From a virus, in IMG/VR virus record IMGVR_UViG_3300021185_001174, positions 32,001 through 96,000 of that record: a stretch of DNA of 64,000 bases; one strand, written 5' to 3'. The notes beneath the pieces are model-generated. The model saw only the letters and a program-made list of their open reading frames with translations, had not been told where the DNA came from and searched no databases. Positions 44,396-53,009 of this stretch are shown piece by piece (the stretch's first letter is position 1; the number at the start of each line of letters is the position of its first letter). The translations under genes were made by a program, and so were the position numbers.

Positions 44396-45294
44396 TATAC
44401 TGCCTCCTTCTTTAATCTGACTAGTTTAAGACCTTTATTGTCTGTTACCTTAGGTATATTTAGGTCTGGTTTGAGAGTTGGTTTTTCTTTTTGGAATATA
44501 GAGTAATCAATGTGGTGATGCCACCTACCCCACTTCCAAGTAACTTTAACACAATCTGGATGTTGTCGTCTTAATGATTCTGCAAACTCTCTTCTGTTAT
44601 CAAAATCATCATTACCTTTACGATTGCCTTGGTCACCTGTTTGGTCAATGTTATATAACTCTTCCGTATTACCACCTTTCATTGTCATAGTAGTAATCTT
44701 ACCACAATTAAAGTTGTTAAATAGGAAAGTATGATAACCAGCCTTCATAATTCTTAGAGATAAATCTGTATCTTCATTGAATCGGCCTCTCCACGCAAAC
44801 TCTGGATAGATATCATTCGCCAATAAGATACATGAATATACCCTAGTGTTATGATAATATGGAGGTCGCTTGGTAGTCGCAGGTAGGAAATAACTATAGT
44901 TCATACCAGACATTTTAACATTTTCATATCGGTCGGTAAACTCTTCACACGCAGTGAAACAAGTACCATCTGTTACCTTAATCTTAGCATTCTTATGGAG
45001 TCTATACATATGTTGTATATTATCATCAAGAATCCAATGTCTTTCAGCACCAGTAGAACATGCATGTTCCCAAACAAAGTTACGGACTGGTATAGAACCT
45101 AGACCTAGATTAGTAAATGGAGTAACTAGAATATTGGCTGGGTCAATGACTGCCGCATAATCGTTATACTCTTGAGGTTCAATTACTATAGTATAAGGTG
45201 TGCCGTTTGCTTCTAGTGTCTTAACTGTTAGTCTAGTGTCAGCACGACCCTTTGATATAATATAGATTGGATATTTTGGTTGATTACCTGCCAT
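44395..45294 (-). CDS. GT-A glycosyltransferase, TET-associated/GREB1-like (copy 2)
   Basis: IYIISKGR, VIEPQEYNDY, GSIPVRN, WILDDNI, FNEDTDL, KGGN. Confidence 0.8.
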   Translation of the reverse strand: MAGNQPKYPIYIISKGRADTRLTVKTLEANGTPYTIVIEPQEYNDYAAVIDPANILVTPFTNLGLGSIPVRNFVWEHACSTGAERHWILDDNIQHMYRLHKNAKIKVTDGTCFTACEEFTDRYENVKMSGMNYSYFLPATTKRPPYYHNTRVYSCILLANDIYPEFAWRGRFNEDTDLSLRIMKAGYHTFLFNNFNCGKITTMTMKGGNTEELYNIDQTGDQGNRKGNDDFDNRREFAESLRRQHPDCVKVTWKWGRWHHHIDYSIFQKEKPTLKPDLNIPKVTDNKGLKLVRLKKEAV

Positions 45295-45602
45295 TATTCC
45301 TCCTTGATAAAGATACCATCTACCATTTTACCTTTTCGGTCTTTGATATCATTATACGCCACTTCTAAACATCTATCGATAGTGAGATTATTTCTCATAG
45401 CAATATTAATTAATACTACCATACAATCTCCAATATCATCTGCGACATCTTTACCCTTACATACATTATCAGAAAGTTCACCGACTTCCTGAATCAGTTT
45501 ACATACTTGGTCCTTATCTGTGGCTCCATCAATAAGATTTCTGTCTTGATGCCACTGGCCAATTTTCTGGACCAATTCACCTGTTCGAGCACTTGTATTC
45601 AT
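45294..45602 (-). CDS. mazG: MazG-like nucleotide pyrophosphohydrolase
   Basis: KLIQEVGEL, DDIGDCMVVLI, CLEVAYNDIKDRKGKMVDGIFIKE. Confidence 0.88.
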   Translation of the reverse strand: MNTSARTGELVQKIGQWHQDRNLIDGATDKDQVCKLIQEVGELSDNVCKGKDVADDIGDCMVVLINIAMRNNLTIDRCLEVAYNDIKDRKGKMVDGIFIKEE

Positions 45603-45889
45603 TAGACTATGATATCCGTGTTTGGTGTAATTAAAGATGATTTAGGCTTAAGTTGTGCCTGAATCTGTTGTACTAATTCATCTAATGGGTCAGCAATAAA
45701 CAGTACAAACTGCTTGTTGATTTTAAGACCATCTTTAGCATTCTTAGTATATGGCATGAATGGCATAAATGCAATCTTTCCTTCTCCGCCTGGGATTAGG
45801 ACAAAGCCATTTTTAACGATAACAGAGTTATCACTTTCAGTGACATCTCCAATGATTTCTTCTCCTGATGAGATTCTTACTAGTTTCAT
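45602..45889 (-). CDS. Conserved small beta-barrel (Sm-like) hypothetical protein
   Basis: LVRISSGEEII...FMPFMPY. Confidence 0.7.
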   Translation of the reverse strand: MKLVRISSGEEIIGDVTESDNSVIVKNGFVLIPGGEGKIAFMPFMPYTKNAKDGLKINKQFVLFIADPLDELVQQIQAQLKPKSSLITPNTDIIV

Positions 45890-45918
45890 ATTATTTCCTT
45901 AGTGTGTTTATATGTTAT

Positions 45919-45947
45919 ATTATACTATACTTTTAACCAAAAGTAAA
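45919..45947 (-). promoter_or_regulatory. Sigma70 early promoter for the MazG-GT unit
   Basis: TTTACT-17-TATAAT. Confidence 0.8.
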
Positions 45948-45952
45948 GTGTT

Positions 45953-48460
45953 TTATCCAAAAAAGTCCTCTAAACTTGAAGTTTCTTCGGTATTCCATCC
46001 AATCGCCTTGAAGATAGGTTCTATAGGGTCAAGGAATGTTTTTTGAAATTGTGTCTCGTAATCTATATAGGAATCCAATTCAAACTCTTTTGGGAGATAC
46101 TGCATGAAGCCGATTACATTTTCTTTGATAGGATTGGGTGACTTGAGATATATAAATTTAATCTTCTCGCCATTCTTAATTGGCTGATACTTTTTGGTCA
46201 GACTTTTATTCTTTAACATTCTGTTATGGAGTAGAGCGGCACGAACATGCATTGGACAACCCTTCTTGTAAATGGTCTGCATATTTGAATACTCTGTAAC
46301 ATTACTAACGCCACGAGGGAATGCAATATCATGGGCTGGTAATGTTTGGAAGTAATCCTTGAATTGTAAGATAGCCTGTTGATTATCTTTCTCGGAACCC
46401 TTCATAATTACTTTGAACAATTCTTTAAGAGCATCTCGGCAAGGGGCAGGAGTTGAAGATTTAATAGCCTCGATACCCATGATTTTGAGTTTAGGTTCTT
46501 TGTATCGAACACCCTCGTTATCATGCACGTTTAGGATATATCTTTTCTTGGCTGTCCATATGGCACGGTCTGCAATGGCCTCTCTTTTCATAACCATACG
46601 ATTATCGATGCCACCCATATGGTCAAACAGTTCTTGATATGCCTGACTAAGGACTGGTTCTAGTTTTTCACTAGCAACTTTATCAAGAAAGTCAACCGGA
46701 TTGGATGGGTTAACCTGTTCGACCAATGGGCCAAGATTAACATAGAGCGAGTCTGTGTCAATGGCAATGATATAATCGGTATCTGTGTTCATGACTTTAT
46801 TTAGGTATTTATTTAAAGCGACTTCTGCCCAACGGATAGTAAGCTGACCAGATAATGTAATTGCCTCTGCAATACGTTGGTCAAAGAAACGGAAGTACTT
46901 GTTACCCATAGCGCCATAGAGTGAGTTAAGTAGAATTTTAATAGCCATCTGTTGATTTTCTGCCACGGATATTTTACGTTCTATATCATAGAGTTTTTGT
47001 TTATCACCAGGAACTACCTTCTGTAATTCTTTCTGAGCCTCAATCATCTGTTTCTTGATTATGACACGTTCACTATATAAATCATCTACTAGGGTAGGCA
47101 TCATGCCTTTCTTATCACTACTAAAGCATTGACCATTACCGCCTACAGCATGACCATCTCGGTCAAAGGTATACCCATCAAGTATCTTATCGATATTGAT
47201 AGGAAGGACTTGGCCGTTTAAGATAGTTTCGGGCGACATATTATATTGCATAATGATTGACGGATAGAGAGAGTTAAGGTCAAACGATACCACGTGTTCG
47301 TGTAAACCAACTACTGGGTCTTTTACATATCCGCCAGGGTAATTAGTCTTAATCTTATTCTCGGAGAATGGCATTGCAATCTTTCGGTCATTGAGATATC
47401 TGTAAATAATAGTATCCCAGATTGCAGTAACTCCGAACGTGTCCGAATAGTTAACGCCACCTTTATATGCCATAGTCAACATAAGAGTGATAAGGCCCAT
47501 CTTGTCTTCTAGTCTGTCAACCAACTCAACATCTTTGATATTATAATCAATAAACTTTTGGTGGTCATTTTTGTATAGACTATGGAGTGAGCCGTATTCT
47601 TCATATGACAGTTTCTTCTCGCCTAGAATAACGTGAGCAATATGATTAAGAGCATAAGATTCTTGGGCTGTGTAAGTATACTTCTGAAATAGTTCCATGT
47701 AATCTGCATGACCAATACCCTTGATATCAAAGATAGTCTGTTCTCTGTTCATTTTACGAGCAGTTCTTCTGTCTACCATACCCCAAGGAGAAAGCCTTTT
47801 AGGAGCATCATCACCAAGCATTCTGATAATACGATTTACAATGTATGGTATATCAAAGTACATAGTATTCCAGCCAGTAATAACATCAGGACATTGACTA
47901 GGTAGTGACCAGTGATTAATAAAATTATGTAATAGTGTAAGTTCTGATTCACATTTTACATAGACTACGCGGTGTGATTTCATATAAGATTGGTCTGTAT
48001 CGAAATCTCCAAGACCCCACACATAATAAGTATTGTCAATATTGTTCTTCATCGCAATGGATATGATAGGGTGTTCTGCTTGTTCTGGTTCTGGGAAACC
48101 ATCATCGGAAGCAACCTCGATATCAATAGAGGTTACGTTGATTAGGTTACGATTAAATTCTATCTCGCCAGGGAACTGGTCGTTGATAAACTGGGATATG
48201 TATCTGTCATTGCCATAGATTTCTCTACCAGCAGTATGCTTATTGATATCCATCCAGTCTTTAGCCTCACGCATAGAATCGAACTTGATAGGTGCACATG
48301 GATTACCATCGAGCGAAGTCCAATCTCCCTGCGGAGTATTTACGAATAAGGTGGGTTTGTATTTGATGCGCTTTGCAACTTTAGTGCCATTTTCATAGCC
48401 ACGATAAAGTAACATATTCGCATATCGAGTTACATTTGTATAAAAATTCATATAGTCCAA
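45953..48460 (-). CDS. 43: Family B DNA polymerase (gp43)
   Basis: DIEV (ExoI), GWN..YFDIPY, FDLNSLYPS, KILLNSLYG, IDTDS. Confidence 0.98.
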   Translation of the reverse strand: MDYMNFYTNVTRYANMLLYRGYENGTKVAKRIKYKPTLFVNTPQGDWTSLDGNPCAPIKFDSMREAKDWMDINKHTAGREIYGNDRYISQFINDQFPGEIEFNRNLINVTSIDIEVASDDGFPEPEQAEHPIISIAMKNNIDNTYYVWGLGDFDTDQSYMKSHRVVYVKCESELTLLHNFINHWSLPSQCPDVITGWNTMYFDIPYIVNRIIRMLGDDAPKRLSPWGMVDRRTARKMNREQTIFDIKGIGHADYMELFQKYTYTAQESYALNHIAHVILGEKKLSYEEYGSLHSLYKNDHQKFIDYNIKDVELVDRLEDKMGLITLMLTMAYKGGVNYSDTFGVTAIWDTIIYRYLNDRKIAMPFSENKIKTNYPGGYVKDPVVGLHEHVVSFDLNSLYPSIIMQYNMSPETILNGQVLPINIDKILDGYTFDRDGHAVGGNGQCFSSDKKGMMPTLVDDLYSERVIIKKQMIEAQKELQKVVPGDKQKLYDIERKISVAENQQMAIKILLNSLYGAMGNKYFRFFDQRIAEAITLSGQLTIRWAEVALNKYLNKVMNTDTDYIIAIDTDSLYVNLGPLVEQVNPSNPVDFLDKVASEKLEPVLSQAYQELFDHMGGIDNRMVMKREAIADRAIWTAKKRYILNVHDNEGVRYKEPKLKIMGIEAIKSSTPAPCRDALKELFKVIMKGSEKDNQQAILQFKDYFQTLPAHDIAFPRGVSNVTEYSNMQTIYKKGCPMHVRAALLHNRMLKNKSLTKKYQPIKNGEKIKFIYLKSPNPIKENVIGFMQYLPKEFELDSYIDYETQFQKTFLDPIEPIFKAIGWNTEETSSLEDFFG

Positions 48461-48481
48461 TCCATAATTAAATATAGTACT

Positions 48482-48510
48482 ATTATACTACACTTCACGC
48501 ATAATGTAAA
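48482..48510 (-). promoter_or_regulatory. Sigma70 early promoter for gp43
   Basis: TTTACA-17-TATAAT. Confidence 0.85.
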
Positions 48511-48530
48511 GAGGTTTTTTAAAAAAGTTT

Positions 48531-48556
48531 GGGTGATACCCCGAAGGATACCACCC
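48531..48556 (-). terminator. UUCG-capped terminator hairpin
   Basis: GGGTGGTATCC-TTCG-GGGTATCACCC followed by aaacttttt. Confidence 0.8.
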
Positions 48557-48575
48557 TAGTTTTTAGTCAATGACC

Positions 48576-48716
48576 TTAAATCCCTGTCCAGGCTAACCAA
48601 ATAATACTTGGGGCAATCATAAATGATACACCAATATATAAGGCTAGTTCTGCCATTTCTTTAAGGGCCAAAGACAAATCATCATGTTTGTGCATGATGT
48701 TGAGTAAAGTTCTCAT
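48576..48716 (-). CDS. 46 aa membrane peptide after hsp20 (not in track)
   Basis: GGAG RBS; C-terminal TM ALYIGVSFMIAPSIIWLAW. Confidence 0.55.
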   Translation of the reverse strand: MRTLLNIMHKHDDLSLALKEMAELALYIGVSFMIAPSIIWLAWTGI

Positions 48717-48775
48717 TTTGTATCTCCAGTAGAAATTGTTTCAAATATCTACTAGGTTTCGCTGCTCACCGGAAT

Positions 48776-49231
48776 CTATTCTTGAATAAATTCCTTCTTC
48801 TTTGATGCCCCAGCAGACCCTAAGTGAATCTTCCTAGGACGCCTCTCTTCTGGAACTTCAACTCTGGCATTCACCACAAGTATCCCATTCACAAGGTCGG
48901 CACCATCTATAACGACAAACTCGGAAAGACGGAAGTTCTTTTCGAATTTACGGGATGATATACCCTTATGTGCATATTCACGCTCATCATCTTCAGACTT
49001 TACACCTTTCACTAAAAGAATCCCGTCCTTTACTTCTACGGAAATATCTTCTTCCGAGAATCCAGCAACTGCAAGTTCAATGATAAAGTGTTCATCATCT
49101 ACCTTAACAACGTTATGGGGTGGATAGTTATCTTGAGCTCTTCCAGCTGAGTGGATTCTTTCAAGTTCATTTAGTATAGGTTCAAATCCTATGAATAGTG
49201 AACGAGGCACGTTCATTGTATTTCTTACCAT
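48776..49231 (-). CDS. hsp20: Small heat shock protein (IbpA-like)
   Basis: YPPHNVVK, IELAVAGF, HKGISSRKF..FRLSE, GADLVNGIL. Confidence 0.95.
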   Translation of the reverse strand: MVRNTMNVPRSLFIGFEPILNELERIHSAGRAQDNYPPHNVVKVDDEHFIIELAVAGFSEEDISVEVKDGILLVKGVKSEDDEREYAHKGISSRKFEKNFRLSEFVVIDGADLVNGILVVNARVEVPEERRPRKIHLGSAGASKKKEFIQE

Positions 49232-49239
49232 TTTAGTTT

Positions 49240-49290
49240 CCTCCTATGTATAGCAAGGTTAATATGTGGACCCGATTATTCAGCATCCAC
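49240..49290 (-). promoter_or_regulatory. ROSE-like structured 5' UTR of hsp20
   Basis: Hairpin GTGGATGCTGAATAATCGGGTCCAC, then CCUUGCU pairing with SD AGGAGG with a bulged G. Confidence 0.6.
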
Positions 49291-49293
49291 TAT

Positions 49294-49301
49294 TATTTAT
49301 A
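49294..49301 (-). promoter_or_regulatory. Late promoter for hsp20
   Basis: Exact TATAAATA directly before the leader hairpin. Confidence 0.8.
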
Positions 49302-49386
49302 CAGCACAAAATGTTAGTTTAAGATATTTCTCCAAACATTTTGTATTCTGTTTTGTTTCAATAATTCGTGTAACTTATTGAAAAAG

Positions 49387-49827
49387 TTATTTTGCGTTAT
49401 CCTTTGCATTACTATTTCCTATATTGTATTTAGGACATAGTTGCCATTCTACCTTTTCTTTATAAGGAATGACTTTGATTTGTCTTAATGGAGCTACGTC
49501 CTTACTCTGCTCAGGATTTAGGACTGTGATAAGTCCCCAATCAGCAAGTAGAGTAGCTATTGTATTTCTTCTGTGCAAGTCATTTTCTATTAAGTTAGAT
49601 GGTTTACCATCCAATAGAAACAACTCTTTAAAGTGAACAATAAAGTATCTGCCTTGTTTATGTAATATATGACAAGACTGATATAGCTTCTGGTCTTTGC
49701 GAGATGCTACACCGATACGTGTTAATGTTTCTCTAATCTTTAGAAAATCATCTGGTTCGTTGAGTGAGATTTCCAACATATCTGCTGGAGTCCAATTTTT
49801 AACTTCAATATTATTTTCGTTTTCCAC
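49387..49827 (-). CDS. regA: Translational repressor RegA
   Basis: DDFLKIRETLTRIGVAS...LYQSCHILHKQGRYFIVHFKELF.LDG. Confidence 0.96.
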   Translation of the reverse strand: MENENNIEVKNWTPADMLEISLNEPDDFLKIRETLTRIGVASRKDQKLYQSCHILHKQGRYFIVHFKELFLLDGKPSNLIENDLHRRNTIATLLADWGLITVLNPEQSKDVAPLRQIKVIPYKEKVEWQLCPKYNIGNSNAKDNAK

Positions 49828-50191
49828 CTTTATACATCCTTTTTTTCAATGTTTCCAACTGTTCATTATTTAGTAAGGATAGTACGGACTTAGCCTTTTC
49901 ATTACTATATCCATAATATTCTTTGATAATTTCCAAATTAGAAACGGATTCTGGTTTGGCCCATTTGGACCACCTTTTCTGCTTCTTAATTATATTTATA
50001 AAAAAATCATATTGAAGCCGTGCATCCAGGTGATGGTTTACGTTCATTTCATTGGCATATAAAATGCAGTCTCGGAAGTTACCTAAGCCACGATTGACTA
50101 TAAAGGAATTATACTCCTTCTCGGCGATATCATCTATCATTATGCCTTTCTTGTTATTAGTGATATCGTTTATATAATCAAAGGGATTCAT
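49811..50191 (-). CDS. 62: Clamp loader small subunit (gp62)
   Basis: YNSFIVNRGL, YANEMN, KRWSKWAK, IKEYYGYSNEKA. Confidence 0.93.
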   Translation of the reverse strand: MNPFDYINDITNNKKGIMIDDIAEKEYNSFIVNRGLGNFRDCILYANEMNVNHHLDARLQYDFFINIIKKQKRWSKWAKPESVSNLEIIKEYYGYSNEKAKSVLSLLNNEQLETLKKRMYKGGKRK

Positions 50192-50357
50192 CTCGAGCCT
50201 TCTTTAAAAATTGTTTAGCTTGGTCTTCTTTAACAAATGTTTTCTCAAAGATAACCACACTTTTGTCACTATACTTAACAACTCTATACTGCTTTTTAGT
50301 TCCAGCATAGTGTACTTCCACTATCTGCCATTTTGACCATTCATAACTATCTGTCAT
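50178..50357 (-). CDS. Small hypothetical protein (not in track)
   Basis: MTDSYEWSKWQIVEVHYAG...; 59 aa, ATGA overlap with the 44 stop. Confidence 0.55.
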   Translation of the reverse strand: MTDSYEWSKWQIVEVHYAGTKKQYRVVKYSDKSVVIFEKTFVKEDQAKQFLKKARDESL

Positions 50358-51292
50358 TTGAACGATACTCCAGCCATAATTTCAGTACAACATGCAACCA
50401 TATTAATTTCATGGTCAGCAACGAAACTGTTTTTATATTGATAGTCAGCGAGAATAAGGACAAGCTGTGGGATACTTTGTGGTTCCACATACTCATACAT
50501 ATTGTCATATAACTTCCTAAAGAGAGCCGCAGGTTCTTGGTCAATGTTATCTGTAACCCATTGTCGCATCTTCTTAAAGTCTTTAGCTTTGAGTGCGGAC
50601 ATAAGACTACTGATAGACACTTCTGATAAAGAAACAAGGATGCCTGTATCTATGTGATTAGAAACAGAATACCTTTGTAACTCATTGAGAACTCTACGCC
50701 AGTCTGGCAGATATTTCATAATAAGTTCAGCCACTACAGCCTCTTCATATTCAACACCTTCTTGGGTTAAGATAGTACAGCACCTTTCTAGGAACTGCAT
50801 ACATAACTTAGGAGTGTCTTTCTTTGCAATGTTAAATTCTATAACAGAACAGCGAGAGTGTAGTGGGTCAATGATTCTGTTTTTAAAGTTACAGGTCATT
50901 ATGAACCTACAGTTGTTACTGAATTCTTCAATGAATCCACGTAACGCGGGTTGGGTGGATTGGGGATTTAGATAATCTGCCTCATCTAAAATAACCACCT
51001 TGTATCCACCCTGTAATGATACTGTCGAAGCAAAGTGTTTAATCTTTGTTCTAAGTGTATCAATGTTGCCTTCTTCTGAACCATTAATGACTAGATAATC
51101 TAATCCTAGTGATTTACATAAAGCCTTAGCAACAGTTGTCTTACCGATACCCGCAGTACCAGTAAGAAGTAAATTTGGAATCTCGCCAGTATCAACGATT
51201 GTTTGAAATGTTTTCTTAATCGAAGTTGGTAAGATTGTGTCTTGTATTGTTTGTGGTCGGTATTTCTCTACCCATAGAAACTCATTGTTCAT
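50354..51292 (-). CDS. 44: Clamp loader large subunit (gp44)
   Basis: LWVEKYRP, GTAGIGKTT, ILDEAD, LRGFIEEF, LHSRC. Confidence 0.96.
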   Translation of the reverse strand: MNNEFLWVEKYRPQTIQDTILPTSIKKTFQTIVDTGEIPNLLLTGTAGIGKTTVAKALCKSLGLDYLVINGSEEGNIDTLRTKIKHFASTVSLQGGYKVVILDEADYLNPQSTQPALRGFIEEFSNNCRFIMTCNFKNRIIDPLHSRCSVIEFNIAKKDTPKLCMQFLERCCTILTQEGVEYEEAVVAELIMKYLPDWRRVLNELQRYSVSNHIDTGILVSLSEVSISSLMSALKAKDFKKMRQWVTDNIDQEPAALFRKLYDNMYEYVEPQSIPQLVLILADYQYKNSFVADHEINMVACCTEIMAGVSFK

Positions 51293-51549
51293 TGCATAAT
51301 CTCCCAGCCAGTAACAGTATTAACTCTAAAGGAACGCCATGCTCCCTTGTCGATACACCACACAGCGATGTGGTCCGAATCTGGTGAAACACTTTCCAAT
51401 ATAGTACCGACTCCATTCTTACGCAAAATCTCTGGGTTTAGAGATGATTCCATAATTCGAATTTCGTTGGTAATGATTTTCTTAAAAGTGATATTGACTA
51501 TCCCGTTTTGTAAGGCTGAGATAAGAGCCGAAACTTCAGTTTTGTTCAT
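51289..51549 (-). CDS. WYL-like small protein
   Basis: VNITFKK...IRIM..SL, VWCIDKGAWRSFR; start refined to MNKTEV. Confidence 0.7.
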   Translation of the reverse strand: MNKTEVSALISALQNGIVNITFKKIITNEIRIMESSLNPEILRKNGVGTILESVSPDSDHIAVWCIDKGAWRSFRVNTVTGWEIMQ

Positions 51550-51567
51550 AATATAATCCTTGTAATA

Positions 51568-51592
51568 ATAAAAATATGGGGGAGCCACCCCC
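51568..51592 (-). terminator. Terminator-like hairpin
   Basis: GGGGG-TGGCT-CCCCC followed by ATATTTTT. Confidence 0.55.
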
Positions 51593-51611
51593 ACACTCAT
51601 GGCTAGTTCGA

Positions 51612-51881
51612 TTATGCCTCTTCAGCAGTAACCTCTTCAACTGATGGTTCTTCCACAGGAACTTGTCCTTCAGGAACTTCACCATCTTTTGGAGCCGCGG
51701 CATTTAGAAATGCAACAGTTCTATTTCTAAGACCACCTACGGCCTCTAGCTCTGAACCTTCAAAACCACCTCTTTTAGAACAGATATCAATAATCTGTAC
51801 GAAAGTTGCGATGTCTTGTAGGGACAGTTGTGGAGCCTCTTGGCCCTCTGCACCTTGTGGTGCCATTACTTCTTCAGTCAT
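51612..51881 (-). CDS. Conserved acidic small late protein
   Basis: LSLQDIATFVQIIDICSKRGGFEG.EL..VG motif; has its own late promoter. Confidence 0.7.
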   Translation of the reverse strand: MTEEVMAPQGAEGQEAPQLSLQDIATFVQIIDICSKRGGFEGSELEAVGGLRNRTVAFLNAAAPKDGEVPEGQVPVEEPSVEEVTAEEA

Positions 51882-51976
51882 TTTTTTCTCCTTTGCAAAG
51901 TAGACTAATTATGAGAGACCCGCCCAATGCAGCATCTTCTCGTATTATCCTCATAGTATTATGAGAATTCATTAAG

Positions 51977-51984
51977 TATTTATA
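51977..51984 (-). promoter_or_regulatory. Late promoter with ~90 nt structured leader
   Basis: Exact TATAAATA overlapping the gp45 stop. Confidence 0.75.
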
Positions 51985-52657
51985 CACCATAAGTACTTGA
52001 TTTTTCTAAAGCGATAAAATAATTTACAGGTAAATTAGTATTACGCCATTCGGAAATCAACTTAGATGAAATAAATACGTTATAATCGCCATCAACTAAT
52101 TTCAGATTTGAAATGTTCATGACAAAGTTAAAGTTTGAACCAGATGTATTAGCACCTAGGTCAAGTTCATAAGTATTTGCACTAGTATCTTTAGCATCGA
52201 ATACTTTTACAATTACATTTTCACCGCCGACTATAGCCATATCGATATGACCTAGTACGTTAGCAGCCTTCTTAATCTTAGAGATTGTGTCAGCTGTAAA
52301 GTGAACTTCTACATCGGTTGAAGGCATTGTGATATCCTTCTCTGGAGTAGTAAGAATACTGGATGCGGCAAAGAAGTATTTTACCTTATTGGTATCATCT
52401 TTGAACAGTACAGCATTATCTTCAAACTGCAAAGTAGGTGAATCAATAAGACCATGAATTGATAAGAATTCATTAAGGTCGTAGATACCCATTTCAGCAG
52501 GGAAGTCCTCGGTGATATTTGCGATAGCCAAAATGTTCTTGGCCTCGGAAATAGTTTTTAGTTGTTGACCAGGTTTCAGAACCATGTTTGCATTGATAGT
52601 AGCAAAATTGGCGAGAAGAGCCTGGGTTTCATTTGATAGTTGCATTTGCATCTCCAT
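51980..52657 (-). CDS. 45: Sliding clamp (gp45)
   Basis: LLANFATINAN, IYDLNEFLS, VFISSKLIS..., YFIALE; upstream of 44/62. Confidence 0.93.
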   Translation of the reverse strand: MEMQMQLSNETQALLANFATINANMVLKPGQQLKTISEAKNILAIANITEDFPAEMGIYDLNEFLSIHGLIDSPTLQFEDNAVLFKDDTNKVKYFFAASSILTTPEKDITMPSTDVEVHFTADTISKIKKAANVLGHIDMAIVGGENVIVKVFDAKDTSANTYELDLGANTSGSNFNFVMNISNLKLVDGDYNVFISSKLISEWRNTNLPVNYFIALEKSSTYGV

Positions 52658-52673
52658 TTATTTAATAGTTTAT

Positions 52674-52702
52674 ATTATACTACACTTTGGGGTATTTGTA
52701 AA
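52674..52702 (-). promoter_or_regulatory. Sigma70 early promoter
   Basis: TTTACA-17-TATAAT. Confidence 0.85.
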
Positions 52703-52715
52703 CCCCTTTATGTAA

Positions 52716-53009
52716 TTACTTTGCATTATTTCTATCATGCTCATATAAAGCAAGTAATCCATAATGTAGAACCTTCATCAGGTCTTTGCGCCACTCCTGC
52801 GGAGTATCACCCTTCTTGCCATAACGTGCATTATACTTATCTACATTTCCTAAGAAGAATCCTAGGCCATGTCCTCGGTCGATGATAACTTCACTTGACT
52901 GAAGTCCTCCTTGACCATAATGTGCATTATAGGTTGAATCTATGTAATCATGGAGCTCTTCAATAAGAGCCCCTTCATTAAATTTGTAATCTGGTTTAGA
53001 CTGTTTCAT
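52716..53009 (-). CDS. DUF3310-like protein
   Basis: TYNAHY, GFFLGNVDKYNARYGKK, DLMKVLHY; start refined. Confidence 0.75.
   Translation of the reverse strand: MKQSKPDYKFNEGALIEELHDYIDSTYNAHYGQGGLQSSEVIIDRGHGLGFFLGNVDKYNARYGKKGDTPQEWRKDLMKVLHYGLLALYEHDRNNAK

Noticed and set aside
48461-49386. tmRNA or riboswitch in the longer intergenic gaps
   Set aside because: The gaps are explained by promoters, terminators, small ORFs and the hsp20 leader; no tRNA-like ends or aptamer consensus recognised
49993-50000. TATAAATA inside gene 62
   Set aside because: Within coding sequence and far from the regA start; may occur by chance in AT-rich DNA
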